From the IMG/VR virus record IMGVR_UViG_3300013121_000049, positions 16,253 through 80,252 of that record: a DNA stretch of 64,000 nt. One strand, 5' to 3'. Source of the DNA: a virus. Its lineage: Duplodnaviria > Heunggongvirae > Uroviricota > Caudoviricetes. Shown piece by piece: positions 26,949 to 36,166 of the stretch. Every line of letters begins with the position of its first letter. Position 1 is the first letter of the stretch. A program made the position numbers and the translations under genes. The notes beneath the pieces were generated by a model. The model was not told where the DNA came from and ran no database searches. It saw only the letters and a program-made list of their open reading frames with translations.

Positions 26949-27500
26949 ATGAGCAATAACGAACACCCCGCGGACTGCGTGTGCTGCGGAACCGGCCCTG
27001 ATGCCGTCGAAGCCGCCCTGCGCGACATGATCGCCGAAAAGGGCTTTGCCATGATCGGCGTCATGGCGGAGTCCAAGGAAAAGCCCACCTTCGTGTACAC
27101 CGTGGGCATGACCGGCAAAGGTTTGCCCGAGATGTGCATGATCGGCGTCCCGCTCAACGTCGCCCAGCTCATCATCGGCGCCATGGCCAACAGCTTCATC
27201 GAAGGCAAGATGAACCTGGCCAACCTGGGTCACAAGCAGGAGGCCTACGCCAACGTACCCATGCTGCCCCAGCGGGTGTACCCGCGTACCCCGGAGCAGT
27301 TCAACTACTTCTCGTGGGTGCCCAAGTTCGTTGACAGCCCCGAGGACCTGGACAACATCGTTCTGGTCCAGGTGGTTGTCCCCGATCGGCACGGCCACTT
27401 CCCCGGCGAGGACGGCTACGATTTGCCTACGCAGATCCTGCTGCCCACCGAATTCCTCAACATCCCGGCCCAAGTCGCCGGGGAGCCGCGAGTGCATTGA
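26949..27500 (+). CDS. DUF4262-family protein
   Basis: IAEKGFAMIGV...PTFVYTVGM...GLPEMCMIGV motif. Confidence 0.75.
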   Translation: MSNNEHPADCVCCGTGPDAVEAALRDMIAEKGFAMIGVMAESKEKPTFVYTVGMTGKGLPEMCMIGVPLNVAQLIIGAMANSFIEGKMNLANLGHKQEAYANVPMLPQRVYPRTPEQFNYFSWVPKFVDSPEDLDNIVLVQVVVPDRHGHFPGEDGYDLPTQILLPTEFLNIPAQVAGEPRVH

Positions 27501-27502
27501 TC

Positions 27503-28141
27503 ATGGCCAACAACTACACCACCCTCTCGTACACCCTCCGCGACAAGGATGGCAAACCGCCTACGCTGGGCCCCGTGGGTCGGGCGTTGTTCCACGGGTT
27601 CAACGGTTGGTTTGACGAAACCGTCGGCCTCGGCGTAGTCGATCAGAGTGACAGCCTGGACAGTTTCTATGTCGCGGAGGTCATCCGCAAGGTGTTCCCC
27701 GACAGCGACCCCGAGCAGCCGGTGAGCAGCATCCTCATGGCCAAGGCAGGCTTCCCCGAGGAAATCGCCAAGGCATTTGACCTCCACCCGAGCGACGATT
27801 TCCTCTCCCTCGCCGACGTCTACGCCCTGGTGAAAAACGAAGCCGGATCCACGCTGGCCAGCCTGTTCTGGGAGGAGGGCTGGTGGTGCGACAAGATCCG
27901 TCACGGCAACTTCGGCGGCCACGGCGAGTACATGGGCCGACACGTCGGCCTCTTTGGCGGCAGCGGGTACGTCGAGCGGATTGGCGAAGTCATGGACAAG
28001 GCGCTGGACGCCGGTGATGCGCAACGGGCCGCCGATATCCTCCGCAAGGAATTCCTCGACCCCGTCTTCAACTCCATGGACGCCGAGACCCGCGAAAAGG
28101 TGCGCGTCGCTCTGGCCGCCGCCCTGGCCGCGCCGTCCTGA
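27503..28141 (+). CDS. Hypothetical protein
   Basis: MANNYTTLSY...; followed by a terminator. Confidence 0.7.
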   Translation: MANNYTTLSYTLRDKDGKPPTLGPVGRALFHGFNGWFDETVGLGVVDQSDSLDSFYVAEVIRKVFPDSDPEQPVSSILMAKAGFPEEIAKAFDLHPSDDFLSLADVYALVKNEAGSTLASLFWEEGWWCDKIRHGNFGGHGEYMGRHVGLFGGSGYVERIGEVMDKALDAGDAQRAADILRKEFLDPVFNSMDAETREKVRVALAAALAAPS

Positions 28142-28151
28142 CAGCAGCAAC

Positions 28152-28177
28152 AGGCCCCGCAACGGGGCCTTTTCTTT
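28152..28177 (+). terminator. Rho-independent terminator
   Basis: AGGCCCCG-CAA-CGGGGCCT-TTTCTTT; 26 bp identical to 29687-29712. Confidence 0.8.
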
Positions 28178-28189
28178 ACCCCGAATTAT

Positions 28190-28218
28190 TCAATTCAAAT
28201 ATCCCCGATTGGTATAAG
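28190..28218 (+). promoter_or_regulatory. Promoter TCAA-N13-GATTGGTATAAG
   Basis: Same architecture at 28673, 43037 and 47531. Confidence 0.8.
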
Positions 28219-28265
28219 GAAAATAGACCTGGGCAATATCGCCCGATTACCCGAAGGAGGGCATT

Positions 28266-28631
28266 ATGGTCACAACGCAACAACGCCGGGAAAGATCCCG
28301 GCAACTCCGTGCGGAGACCGCCGCGCGGAAGGCCGCCCTGGCGGCGCAGGTCGAGGCGGAGCGCCTCGCCATCCTCACGGATGAGGAACGGGAAATCCTG
28401 CGCCGGGCGGCGCAGGTCCAGGCCAAGATTGCGGCCTGGGAATTGCAGCGGCAAGGTGGGCCGCTGACCGTGCTGGGCCTGACGGTCCGCACGGCGAAGG
28501 CGCTGCAGGATGCAGGCGTCACCACCCGGGAAGGTCTGGCGGCAATGTCAGACCTGGACATTCTGAAAATTCCCAACCTGGGCAAGAAAGCCTTGGCGGA
28601 GATTCGGGATGCCTTGGCAGGGACGCCATGA
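28266..28631 (+). CDS. RNA polymerase alpha-CTD-like domain protein with N-terminal coiled coil
   Basis: LGLTVRTAKALQDAGV...ILKIPNLGKKALAEIRDAL resembles alpha-CTD LELTVRSANCLKAE...LLKTPNLGKKSLTEIKDVL. Confidence 0.88.
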   Translation: MVTTQQRRERSRQLRAETAARKAALAAQVEAERLAILTDEEREILRRAAQVQAKIAAWELQRQGGPLTVLGLTVRTAKALQDAGVTTREGLAAMSDLDILKIPNLGKKALAEIRDALAGTP

Positions 28632-28635
28632 GATT

Positions 28636-28660
28636 AACGGGCATCTGCCCGTTTTTCTTT
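28636..28660 (+). terminator. Rho-independent terminator
   Basis: AACGGGC-ATCT-GCCCGTT-TTTCTTT. Confidence 0.8.
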
Positions 28661-28672
28661 ACCCGGAAATAC

Positions 28673-28701
28673 TCAATTCCAATATCCCCGATTGGTATAA
28701 G
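28673..28701 (+). promoter_or_regulatory. Promoter TCAA-N13-GATTGGTATAAG
   Basis: Near-identical to 28190-28218. Confidence 0.8.
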
Positions 28702-28732
28702 TAAATCAGAAACCAGATTATCGGAGATTATT

Positions 28733-29680
28733 ATGGAATCTATTATTTCGAAAATCCTCGGCATTGACGCCGAGAAGTTCCAGGCCGGCAAGGAAGCCGG
28801 TCGCAAGCCGGTCAAGCTGGCTTGCGGGCTAGGCGCGTCCTACGACGCGGCCGAGATATTGGCTCCGTTGTCCGTCGCCCGGACGGCGGCGGAGATCACG
28901 GCGGCCTACGCCGCCCTGCCGCAGGGGAGCTGCATGGCCGGCAAGGACGTCGGCCCCTTCTACGCCCAGCTGGGCGTGGAATGCCTTTGGAGCCCGAACT
29001 TTCGGGCCCTGGTGCTGCCCCACCCGGATCGGGCCGGGGCCTGGGTGACGCCCAGGGCCTATGGCATCCACAGGGAACGTGTCTTGGCTTTGCTGGGCGA
29101 TACTCTGGTCGAATGGCCGGAAGCGTTCAGCCGGGCCATCCCCACAGAGGAGTATCTGTGGGAGCGCAGGGAGCGCGTGGTGGATCAGGAGGGCGTGTAC
29201 CGGTATGACTACCGGTATGAAGTCACCGGGATAGTGACCAACCATCTGCGGGATGAAGTGCGAGCCCAAGGCCCGTTCCCCTTCTGGCCGTGGGATCTCC
29301 CCGCTTTGTGGAGGAGAGAAGAAGACCGCATCAAGGCGGAGGCCGTGGCAGCGTTCCCCGGCGGGTACTATCTCTCTTCGGACGGGATGAGCATCCGCCC
29401 GGAGACGATGTACACCCGTGTAGGAGGTGTACTGGTCCAGCTGACCCCGGTGGTTACCCGCCGTACGGTGATACGCCCGACGCTGTACGCCGTCCGGGTA
29501 CAGCGGGTCGCTGCAACCCGTCACGTCCAGCCCGACGTGCGGTTCATCCCGTACCCGGACTATCCGGAGGTCTGCCACTTCCGCCCGGCGGAGTGGATAG
29601 ACTACGACGTGGCATCGCCCACGCCGTGGGAGCGGATTGCCCACGACGTGGAGTCCAGGTTCAACGGGTACGTCTACTGA
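28733..29680 (+). CDS. Hypothetical protein (monocistronic cassette)
   Basis: MESIISKILG... with GGAG RBS; own promoter and terminator. Confidence 0.7.
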   Translation: MESIISKILGIDAEKFQAGKEAGRKPVKLACGLGASYDAAEILAPLSVARTAAEITAAYAALPQGSCMAGKDVGPFYAQLGVECLWSPNFRALVLPHPDRAGAWVTPRAYGIHRERVLALLGDTLVEWPEAFSRAIPTEEYLWERRERVVDQEGVYRYDYRYEVTGIVTNHLRDEVRAQGPFPFWPWDLPALWRREEDRIKAEAVAAFPGGYYLSSDGMSIRPETMYTRVGGVLVQLTPVVTRRTVIRPTLYAVRVQRVAATRHVQPDVRFIPYPDYPEVCHFRPAEWIDYDVASPTPWERIAHDVESRFNGYVY

Positions 29681-29686
29681 CGCCTG

Positions 29687-29712
29687 GGCCCCGCAACGGG
29701 GCCTTTTCTTTA
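29687..29712 (+). terminator. Rho-independent terminator
   Basis: Identical to 28153-28178. Confidence 0.8.
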
Positions 29713-29732
29713 GCCGGAATTCCCTAACCCGG

Positions 29733-29740
29733 GGTATAAG
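29733..29740 (+). promoter_or_regulatory. GGTATAAG promoter motif
   Basis: Follows a terminator; heads a long coupled operon. Confidence 0.7.
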
Positions 29741-29777
29741 CCCAGTGGATCACAAGATCCTTACCGGAAACCCTGCG

Positions 29778-30110
29778 ATGTCATTTTTCCTGAAACTCTG
29801 GTGGCGTTGGCGGCTGCGCGGCACACCGCGCGACCACCTTGTTGAAATCTACGCGCTGACCGTGCTGGCCGCCCGGCGGTGCGCCTACGACCTGCGGCAC
29901 GCCAGCGAGGAGATCCCCGAAGACTCCCTGCTGGGGCGCGATTACTACCACGACCGCGCCAGCCACTGGTTGCAGATATTCCAGCCGGATGGCGGCAAGC
30001 GCTACCGCCACGAACTTCACCATGAAATAGACCGACTGGAGATGCGAATCAGCGACCTGCAGCGCCGCCTGCGGGAAGCCGGTCTTGACGACGGCGAAGA
30101 ACCTTTTTGA
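29778..30110 (+). CDS. Hypothetical protein
   Basis: MSFFLKLWW...; first gene after the promoter. Confidence 0.65.
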   Translation: MSFFLKLWWRWRLRGTPRDHLVEIYALTVLAARRCAYDLRHASEEIPEDSLLGRDYYHDRASHWLQIFQPDGGKRYRHELHHEIDRLEMRISDLQRRLREAGLDDGEEPF

Positions 30111-30121
30111 AGGAGACCTGC

Positions 30122-30535
30122 ATGACCCCGAACCCCCTTGACTCCTACGACGCCTCTAGCCTGGACGGCGAACTTTTTGCCGAGCGCGATCTCTGCGACC
30201 TCATCAACGACGAAGGCGTGGTAGCCGGCCAGACCGTCTACCTGGCTCACAAGAAAGCCGTGTCGACGGACGACCTGCTGACCCGCCACCACGTTTTCTG
30301 CCTGGGCGAGCAGATGATGGAAGCCGCCTACGATCTGGTCGGGGAAGCCTCCAACCTCTGGGACTTCCCCGTTGAGAACGCCGCCTTCGAGGAACTCCGC
30401 CAGGCCATGCTGCCCGTCGTCAGCAACTGGCTGGCTGAGCACGCGCCCATCAACTTCTGGCTGGCGGCCGACGTGATTGAGTACGTCGTGACGGCCGATG
30501 ACATCGCCCGGGCAAAGTCCGAGGAGGAGAACTGA
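30122..30535 (+). CDS. Acidic hypothetical protein
   Basis: AAGGAG RBS. Confidence 0.7.
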   Translation: MTPNPLDSYDASSLDGELFAERDLCDLINDEGVVAGQTVYLAHKKAVSTDDLLTRHHVFCLGEQMMEAAYDLVGEASNLWDFPVENAAFEELRQAMLPVVSNWLAEHAPINFWLAADVIEYVVTADDIARAKSEEEN

Positions 30536-30536
30536 C

Positions 30537-30773
30537 ATGCAATGGCACAACGTAGGCACGAATACCGCCGGCGGATCTTCGCCGGCTCCCCTGGAAACCT
30601 GCAACTGCGTGGGCCCGCAGAACGGCCAGCCGGTTTGCCCCTGCCAAATGCGGCACGTCGTTATCGAAAACGGCCGCTACGTCCTGAAAAAGGATCTGGG
30701 CCCGGCTCCCGCGGGGGCGATGGGCAGCCTGCTCAGGCTGGGCGCCGGCGTAGCAGGAGCCGGCAATGTGTGA
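30537..30773 (+). CDS. Small Cys-containing hypothetical protein
   Basis: GGAGG RBS; CNCVGP...CPC. Confidence 0.6.
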   Translation: MQWHNVGTNTAGGSSPAPLETCNCVGPQNGQPVCPCQMRHVVIENGRYVLKKDLGPAPAGAMGSLLRLGAGVAGAGNV

Positions 30774-31011
30774 TTGCATCCAGACTGTTAATAAAGCTCT
30801 GGCAACGCGGGGACTGACCCTCGACTGCCGGTTCTGCCTGAGCGACGTCAGTCCGGTGGCGATGGTGCAGGTCAAGACCAAGAGAATCGGCGCGGTCAAA
30901 GCCAGGAGATCGAAGGAGCAGCCGATCATCGGCGCCTTCTGCCCGTTCTGCGGAGAAAAACTTGTTAAGCAGGAGACCCCAGGTGAGCATGCACAAAATA
31001 CCCCTCAGTGA
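30766..31011 (+). CDS. Small Zn-ribbon-like protein
   Basis: MCDC...FCPFCG. Confidence 0.65.
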   Translation: MCDCIQTVNKALATRGLTLDCRFCLSDVSPVAMVQVKTKRIGAVKARRSKEQPIIGAFCPFCGEKLVKQETPGEHAQNTPQ

Positions 31012-31519
31012 ACTCGAAATCCAAGGCCTGAAAGCCTACGGGCTGCCCGTAGGCAAGTCCAGCGCAATGGCCGACTGCTTCCGCCTGGGCATGGCCTGGG
31101 CGCATAAGGCGGCAGCAATCAATCCTGCTCCGAAGTACCTGCTGGGCGGCACCCGCTTCAAGCTTCTGGTCAATCCGGGCGGCGGCTACCACGGCTTCAA
31201 CAACTACCCCGAGCTCAACGGCCGCTGGGTGGCGCTGGTCGCCGCCGAGGACAACCGCCACATGTTGCCGGAGAACTGCCGGGTGCGCCAACAATCGGAA
31301 GGGATCCACTTCTCCCGCATGTCGTGTGCGGTCTGCGGCCAGGGGGCTCCCCGCCACATTGACTGTGGAAACGCCCTGGCGGAGCAGGACGACTCCCTGC
31401 AAAACCTCCGCGAACTCGCTGCCGACACCGCCCGCGCTCTCCTCCTCCAGCTGACGGCCTTGCAGGAGCAGGGGGTCGATATCACCGAATTCCTTGACGG
31501 GATACAGCCTCGTGGGTAA
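30989..31519 (+). CDS. Hypothetical mosaic protein
   Basis: AGGAG upstream; coupled ORF. Confidence 0.6.
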   Translation: MHKIPLSELEIQGLKAYGLPVGKSSAMADCFRLGMAWAHKAAAINPAPKYLLGGTRFKLLVNPGGGYHGFNNYPELNGRWVALVAAEDNRHMLPENCRVRQQSEGIHFSRMSCAVCGQGAPRHIDCGNALAEQDDSLQNLRELAADTARALLLQLTALQEQGVDITEFLDGIQPRG

Positions 31520-32192
31520 TCCGTGCACAGACCAAGATGATACCGGCCGCGCCCTGGTCAGGCTGGTTGCCGCCGACCTTTCCCGGGAGGGCGATGCCAC
31601 GCCGCTCGGCACGGTCACCGCAGAGTGCATTCGCCAGGCAATTCCCCAAGTCATGGCAGGCGTCCGGGAGAACGCCGGTGACCTGATCGCCGGCATTCGC
31701 TGGCTCGTAGACCTCAACGCCGATATCGCCGATCTCCGCCTCAACGACGTCATCGCCGAACTGGTCGGGCTGCAGGAGCGCTACAACCTGCGGAAGGCTG
31801 CAGAGGACCGCCGGCGGGCGGCCGCAGCAGACCCCGCGGGCACCGATTCTCGGATATCGATGTTCGTCAACCTGGTTCGCGCCTGGAAGCGCACGGGCAA
31901 CCCCGCGGCGAACCGGCTGGCGGATGAAGCCCTGGCGGAGGGCCGCATCACGGCATGGGATCACGCCGTGTTCACCGCAGTCGGCGTATCCTCCGGCCGC
32001 AAGATCCTCGACCGCCGCGTCAAGATCGATGACCTGGAGGACGCCCTGCGCGTCTACGCCCGCCTGCTGGCCGACGCCTTCGGCTATCCCCAACCCACCG
32101 CGTTTTGCTACCGGGCTGCAGCCCGTATTTTCAACGGGTTCTCTCCCGGCTGGAGCCGGGCGGCGGACCGCATATTCAAGGAGTTCTCATGA
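31512..32192 (+). CDS. Hypothetical protein
   Basis: Coupled helical ORF. Confidence 0.6.
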   Translation: MGNPCTDQDDTGRALVRLVAADLSREGDATPLGTVTAECIRQAIPQVMAGVRENAGDLIAGIRWLVDLNADIADLRLNDVIAELVGLQERYNLRKAAEDRRRAAAADPAGTDSRISMFVNLVRAWKRTGNPAANRLADEALAEGRITAWDHAVFTAVGVSSGRKILDRRVKIDDLEDALRVYARLLADAFGYPQPTAFCYRAAARIFNGFSPGWSRAADRIFKEFS

Positions 32193-33886
32193 AACCCAGT
32201 CGCCAATCCCTGGCCATCCTCTCCTGCCTGGCGGAAGCCGGGCAAAACCTTTCCTTCACCAATGAACGCGGCTACGCCGTCGACATAACGCTTACCGCAG
32301 CCGACATCCTCTACGCCGTCTATGAACTGGAGGAGGCCCTGGCGGTTCTCCGCACCGGCGTGCCGTGGAGCGACCCCCTGGTCGTGCAGTCCGGCGGCGA
32401 TGAGTCTGCGGTCGACCGCTTTGCCGCCGCCATGAAGCGCAAACTGCTGGTCAAGGCAGTGGAGGGCCGCAGCGGCTGGGATAACCCCGTGGACTGCCCG
32501 CCGGGTCGTCTCCAGCGCATGTTGGTCGAGCACATCCCGAAGGGAGACCCCGTGGACGTCGGCAATTTCGCCATGATGCTGTACTGCCGAAAGGAGAGCA
32601 CGGCGGTCAGTGACGCCATAGACGTGGGTCCGGTAGAGGATCTCCACGGCCGCCTGACTGCCGGCGGCGATGAGCCTGATGACGCCTATGACTACGCCGT
32701 GTTCACGGCGGAAGACCGCGTTAGTCGGCTGATTGCTCTTGAGAGGCTGGTGCCCGGCATGTCCATGGCTTTCGACGCTACGGGGCCGTTCAGAGAAGTT
32801 ACTCAAGCCGATGTTAACCGCGCCGCCGCTTTCATTTTGCGTGCCCGCATGATGTCCGGCGACACCTCCGAGAATGCCTTGGATTTCCTGGACACTTTCG
32901 TGGGGGTATCTTGGCACGATGCGGTGGCCAGGTTGCGAGCCAAGCTGGAGGCAACGTCGCTTTGGGACGTGGTATCGGAGGGCATTCCCGACCCCTATTC
33001 TTGGGAGGTTACCTGGTCGGCTATCTACGGACCCGAAGCTGCCCGCCCCGGTTTTCCCGGCGTTTTGCGAAAGGAATGCGGAGCGACTCCGCCGGCAGGC
33101 TTCCTGACCGTAGCCGAGTGCGACTGCTACAGCCTCAATCTCGACAGCTTCGAGCGCGGCAGGTTGTATGACGCCATTTGCAAGCACGAACTGCATGCCG
33201 GCGACAAGATCTGGCTCAACGTCGCCCGTCCGGCCACGCTGGCCGGCACAATCAACACCGAGCTGCTGGAGATGCTGCTGGTGAACGCCACCGACCACGG
33301 CGTCGTCCTTCTGGAAGACGCCCGCCAAGTTGCCGCCAGTCGCCTGGATGCCGTCAAGGCCGCGTTGGCCGGCATTCCGTTGGCGGACGAATCGGGGTTC
33401 AGCATCGACGTCGATAAGACCATTGAGTACGTGATTACGCCGGCCGACGAGGAGGCGGCAACCGGCAAGGTTGGCGCAGTCGTCCCCCCGGTCCCCACAA
33501 CGCCGGCGACGGCCACCTGCTACAGCTGGGACGGACAGACGTGGCATCGAGGCTGCTACGCGGCCGTGGTGCAGGGGCAAGGAAAGGCGTCTGTCGGAAA
33601 AACCGTCTGGCTGGGGAGGGTGGGGTACCTCTTCGCCTCCGACCTCTTTGAAGGCGCGGACCTGATGGACGCCGTCCGCCTCAACCTGCGTCGCCTCATG
33701 GGCAGCGCCCGCTACGATGCCGATCCGATCCCCCCTCTGTCGGATGACGTCATGGGAACCCTCAACGACGCCGTCTTCGGCTGGCTGACCGACAACAACA
33801 TCCCCGGTAATCGCTTTGCCGTCTGCGGCGCCACGCCGGTCGTGGTGACCGAAGAGGACTGGCGGAGGTATGGTCGTGAACGCTGA
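32189..33886 (+). CDS. Mosaic early protein containing an Ead/Ea22-type module
   Basis: AVDRFAAAMKRKL...GRSGWD...KGDPVDVGNFAMML module common in mosaic phage early proteins; AAGGAG RBS. Confidence 0.55.
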   Translation: MKPSRQSLAILSCLAEAGQNLSFTNERGYAVDITLTAADILYAVYELEEALAVLRTGVPWSDPLVVQSGGDESAVDRFAAAMKRKLLVKAVEGRSGWDNPVDCPPGRLQRMLVEHIPKGDPVDVGNFAMMLYCRKESTAVSDAIDVGPVEDLHGRLTAGGDEPDDAYDYAVFTAEDRVSRLIALERLVPGMSMAFDATGPFREVTQADVNRAAAFILRARMMSGDTSENALDFLDTFVGVSWHDAVARLRAKLEATSLWDVVSEGIPDPYSWEVTWSAIYGPEAARPGFPGVLRKECGATPPAGFLTVAECDCYSLNLDSFERGRLYDAICKHELHAGDKIWLNVARPATLAGTINTELLEMLLVNATDHGVVLLEDARQVAASRLDAVKAALAGIPLADESGFSIDVDKTIEYVITPADEEAATGKVGAVVPPVPTTPATATCYSWDGQTWHRGCYAAVVQGQGKASVGKTVWLGRVGYLFASDLFEGADLMDAVRLNLRRLMGSARYDADPIPPLSDDVMGTLNDAVFGWLTDNNIPGNRFAVCGATPVVVTEEDWRRYGRER

Positions 33887-34301
33887 CCTCAAGAAAATCT
33901 TCGTCAAGGCGTTGAGGGACGTCCTTGACGCCACCGAGTTCACCAGCGCCGGCAATTCCTGCCCCACAACTGATGCGGTTTGCGCTGACGGAAAAACCCG
34001 CACGTTCGTTCCTGTTCACGGCATTTGCGCCGTCCTGGACATGTGCATGGGGTACCGGGATGCCGCTGCGGTAGCCGACGACCTGCGGCAGGTCATGGAT
34101 GACTGGCCCCGCCATAGCGGCAGGGCGGCATATCCGGTCCCTCACCCGGAGAAGGAGCCGGGCGACGCATTTGACGACGCCTCGTCCTGGGAAATGTGGT
34201 CACCCAATCACCCCTACGGAGCCGCGCGGCGACCACCACGTCTGGATGCAGAAGGCCGGCCGGGAACGCAGCGGCCGCACGCTCTTCGGCAAGACCTATG
34301 A
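33870..34301 (+). CDS. Hypothetical phage protein (GIC...WP..SG...YPVP family)
   Basis: Motif GICAVL...WPRHSGRAAYPVP...W...YG. Confidence 0.6.
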   Translation: MVVNADLKKIFVKALRDVLDATEFTSAGNSCPTTDAVCADGKTRTFVPVHGICAVLDMCMGYRDAAAVADDLRQVMDDWPRHSGRAAYPVPHPEKEPGDAFDDASSWEMWSPNHPYGAARRPPRLDAEGRPGTQRPHALRQDL

Positions 34302-34321
34302 AACCAACCCAGGAGACCTGT

Positions 34322-34948
34322 ATGTCCCTTTCTGACCAAGACAAGCAGGCCATCGCCGGCCTGCGTGAGCGCGGCTTTGCCGTGATCGTCTTCAGCCCGG
34401 ATGAACTCGGCGGCAACGCGCCGGAAGCCGTCGAAGCCGAACTGGTGATGGCCGCCAACAACCTCGACCTGGTGGGCGGCCCTCCCCGCGACAATCGCCA
34501 GTACGCCGTCATCACCCCGGCCACTTTCAAGGCCGGCCACCCGACGCATGACGTCTGGGACGCCTTCGTCCAGGAGTTTGCCGTGACGCCGGAAACCTTC
34601 AATGACGGCATTCCGCTGATCTGGCTGCTGGAGGGCATGCCGGTCGTCGACGTCTATTGGGCTCTGCGCGCCCTCACCGAAGTGCCGCCGGCTGTCGTTC
34701 GCCAGCGCCTGGCCTCCCTGCTGCTCTCCTTGTGGCGTGAACTGGACTTGCAGCCGGTAGGATCCATGCGCGCCGATGCCCTGGCCGGCGTCACTCGCAC
34801 CGCAGCCGGTCATATCGGCGACCACATTGCCGACTTCGTGCACATGCACCGGTTGGCCGTGGTCATGCAGGCTCACCGGGAGACACGGGCGATGGTGACC
34901 GATCGCCTGGCGTCCTTCATACACCAAGTCTTCAAGGAGACGCCCTGA
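34322..34948 (+). CDS. Paralog 1 of the DVYWALR family (with extra N-terminal domain)
   Basis: IPLIWLLEGMPVVDVYWALRAL; ends FKETP; AGGAG RBS. Confidence 0.7.
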   Translation: MSLSDQDKQAIAGLRERGFAVIVFSPDELGGNAPEAVEAELVMAANNLDLVGGPPRDNRQYAVITPATFKAGHPTHDVWDAFVQEFAVTPETFNDGIPLIWLLEGMPVVDVYWALRALTEVPPAVVRQRLASLLLSLWRELDLQPVGSMRADALAGVTRTAAGHIGDHIADFVHMHRLAVVMQAHRETRAMVTDRLASFIHQVFKETP

Positions 34949-35367
34949 TGGAACCCGTATACGCAACAATCAGCTGCAGCAGCGTCCGTTCTTGCCAACC
35001 CTGTTCCCCCGGTTATGAGATTTTCGAGGACATGTGTGAACACTATGGCTATGGGTTTTACGGTGAAGTCCCGCTACTGCGCGCTTTGGAGAGTAACCCG
35101 GTGGAAGACGTCTACTGGGCGCTGCGGTCTCTCCACCAGCAGAGTATCCCCATCGCTTTCTGGAAAGCGTTGGCCGGTGACGTTCTGGCTGTCATGGTAG
35201 GCAACCACATTTTAGAGGGGGAATACCCCTTGCTGGACGAGCTCTATAGCCAAGGTCGGGCGGCGCAAAGGTTGTCAGTAGCCGTTCACGACGCTCTGGG
35301 CTGCTTGCCGCGCCTGCGTACGGAGTTCGAAGCCGTGCTGCGCAAATATTTCAAGGAGACACCGTGA
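34948..35367 (+). CDS. Paralog 2 of the DVYWALR family
   Basis: VPLLRALESNPVEDVYWALRSL; ends FKETP. Confidence 0.75.
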   Translation: MEPVYATISCSSVRSCQPCSPGYEIFEDMCEHYGYGFYGEVPLLRALESNPVEDVYWALRSLHQQSIPIAFWKALAGDVLAVMVGNHILEGEYPLLDELYSQGRAAQRLSVAVHDALGCLPRLRTEFEAVLRKYFKETP

Positions 35368-35819
35368 TGACCCCTGTTTACGCGGCCGTGACCTGGCCGA
35401 AGCTGCAGAGATGGAACCCCTGCGATGACGGCGAGGAGGCATTCCTCGACGTGTTCATGGACCAGGCGGTGAAGGGAGAGGAAATCCCGTTGCTGCACTG
35501 TCTGCAATCCAACCCGGTGGACGACGTCTACTGGGCGCTGCGCGGCTTGACCGAGCCGTTACCGCACGGCACCATCGAATATCTGATGCGCGAAGTCAGA
35601 GATGCCATTGACCCCTACGCGCACAAGTTCATCGAGCCCGAACAGCAGGACTATTGGAATCGGCTGACTGACGTCAGGGACCCCGACTTCCGCGCGGGAC
35701 CCCGTTGGTTCTCCACGCTATTCAACTGCATCTGGATTGCCTGCTGGCCCCAGGCTCCGGAAGGCCTAAATGACCGCCTGGTCGACATATTGCGAGCCGC
35801 TTTCAAGGAGACGCCATGA
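35364..35819 (+). CDS. Paralog 3 of the DVYWALR family
   Basis: IPLLHCLQSNPVDDVYWALRGL; ends FKETP. Confidence 0.75.
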   Translation: MMTPVYAAVTWPKLQRWNPCDDGEEAFLDVFMDQAVKGEEIPLLHCLQSNPVDDVYWALRGLTEPLPHGTIEYLMREVRDAIDPYAHKFIEPEQQDYWNRLTDVRDPDFRAGPRWFSTLFNCIWIACWPQAPEGLNDRLVDILRAAFKETP

Positions 35820-36166
35820 CCGTGCTGAGCGCCGCCCGCATCCGCGAGTGCAGCAACAACCCCGAGATCTGGGCCAACCTGCCGCAGACCGGCGAGATCC
35901 GCGTGGCCGACCTGCTGACGACGCACAGTCCTCTGCTGGTGCTGTTGGCGCTCCGCGCGGCGGATGCCGACACCTACCTCCGCCTGCCGACCTTCACCGC
36001 GGACTTGTGGACAGCCGTGGGAGAACAGGGCGACCCCCCGGACTTCCCCGGCTTCGGCTTCCGCGAAGTCTGGTTGTTCGCCTTCAACCGCATCGGGCAG
36101 CGGCGGCTCACAGAGAGTGCTCTGCAGGACCTGATTGCCCGTCACTTTGCCGGAGAACCGACATGA
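35816..36166 (+). CDS. Hypothetical protein, possible distant paralog
   Basis: RIRECS...PLLVLLALRAA. Confidence 0.65.
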   Translation: MTVLSAARIRECSNNPEIWANLPQTGEIRVADLLTTHSPLLVLLALRAADADTYLRLPTFTADLWTAVGEQGDPPDFPGFGFREVWLFAFNRIGQRRLTESALQDLIARHFAGEPT

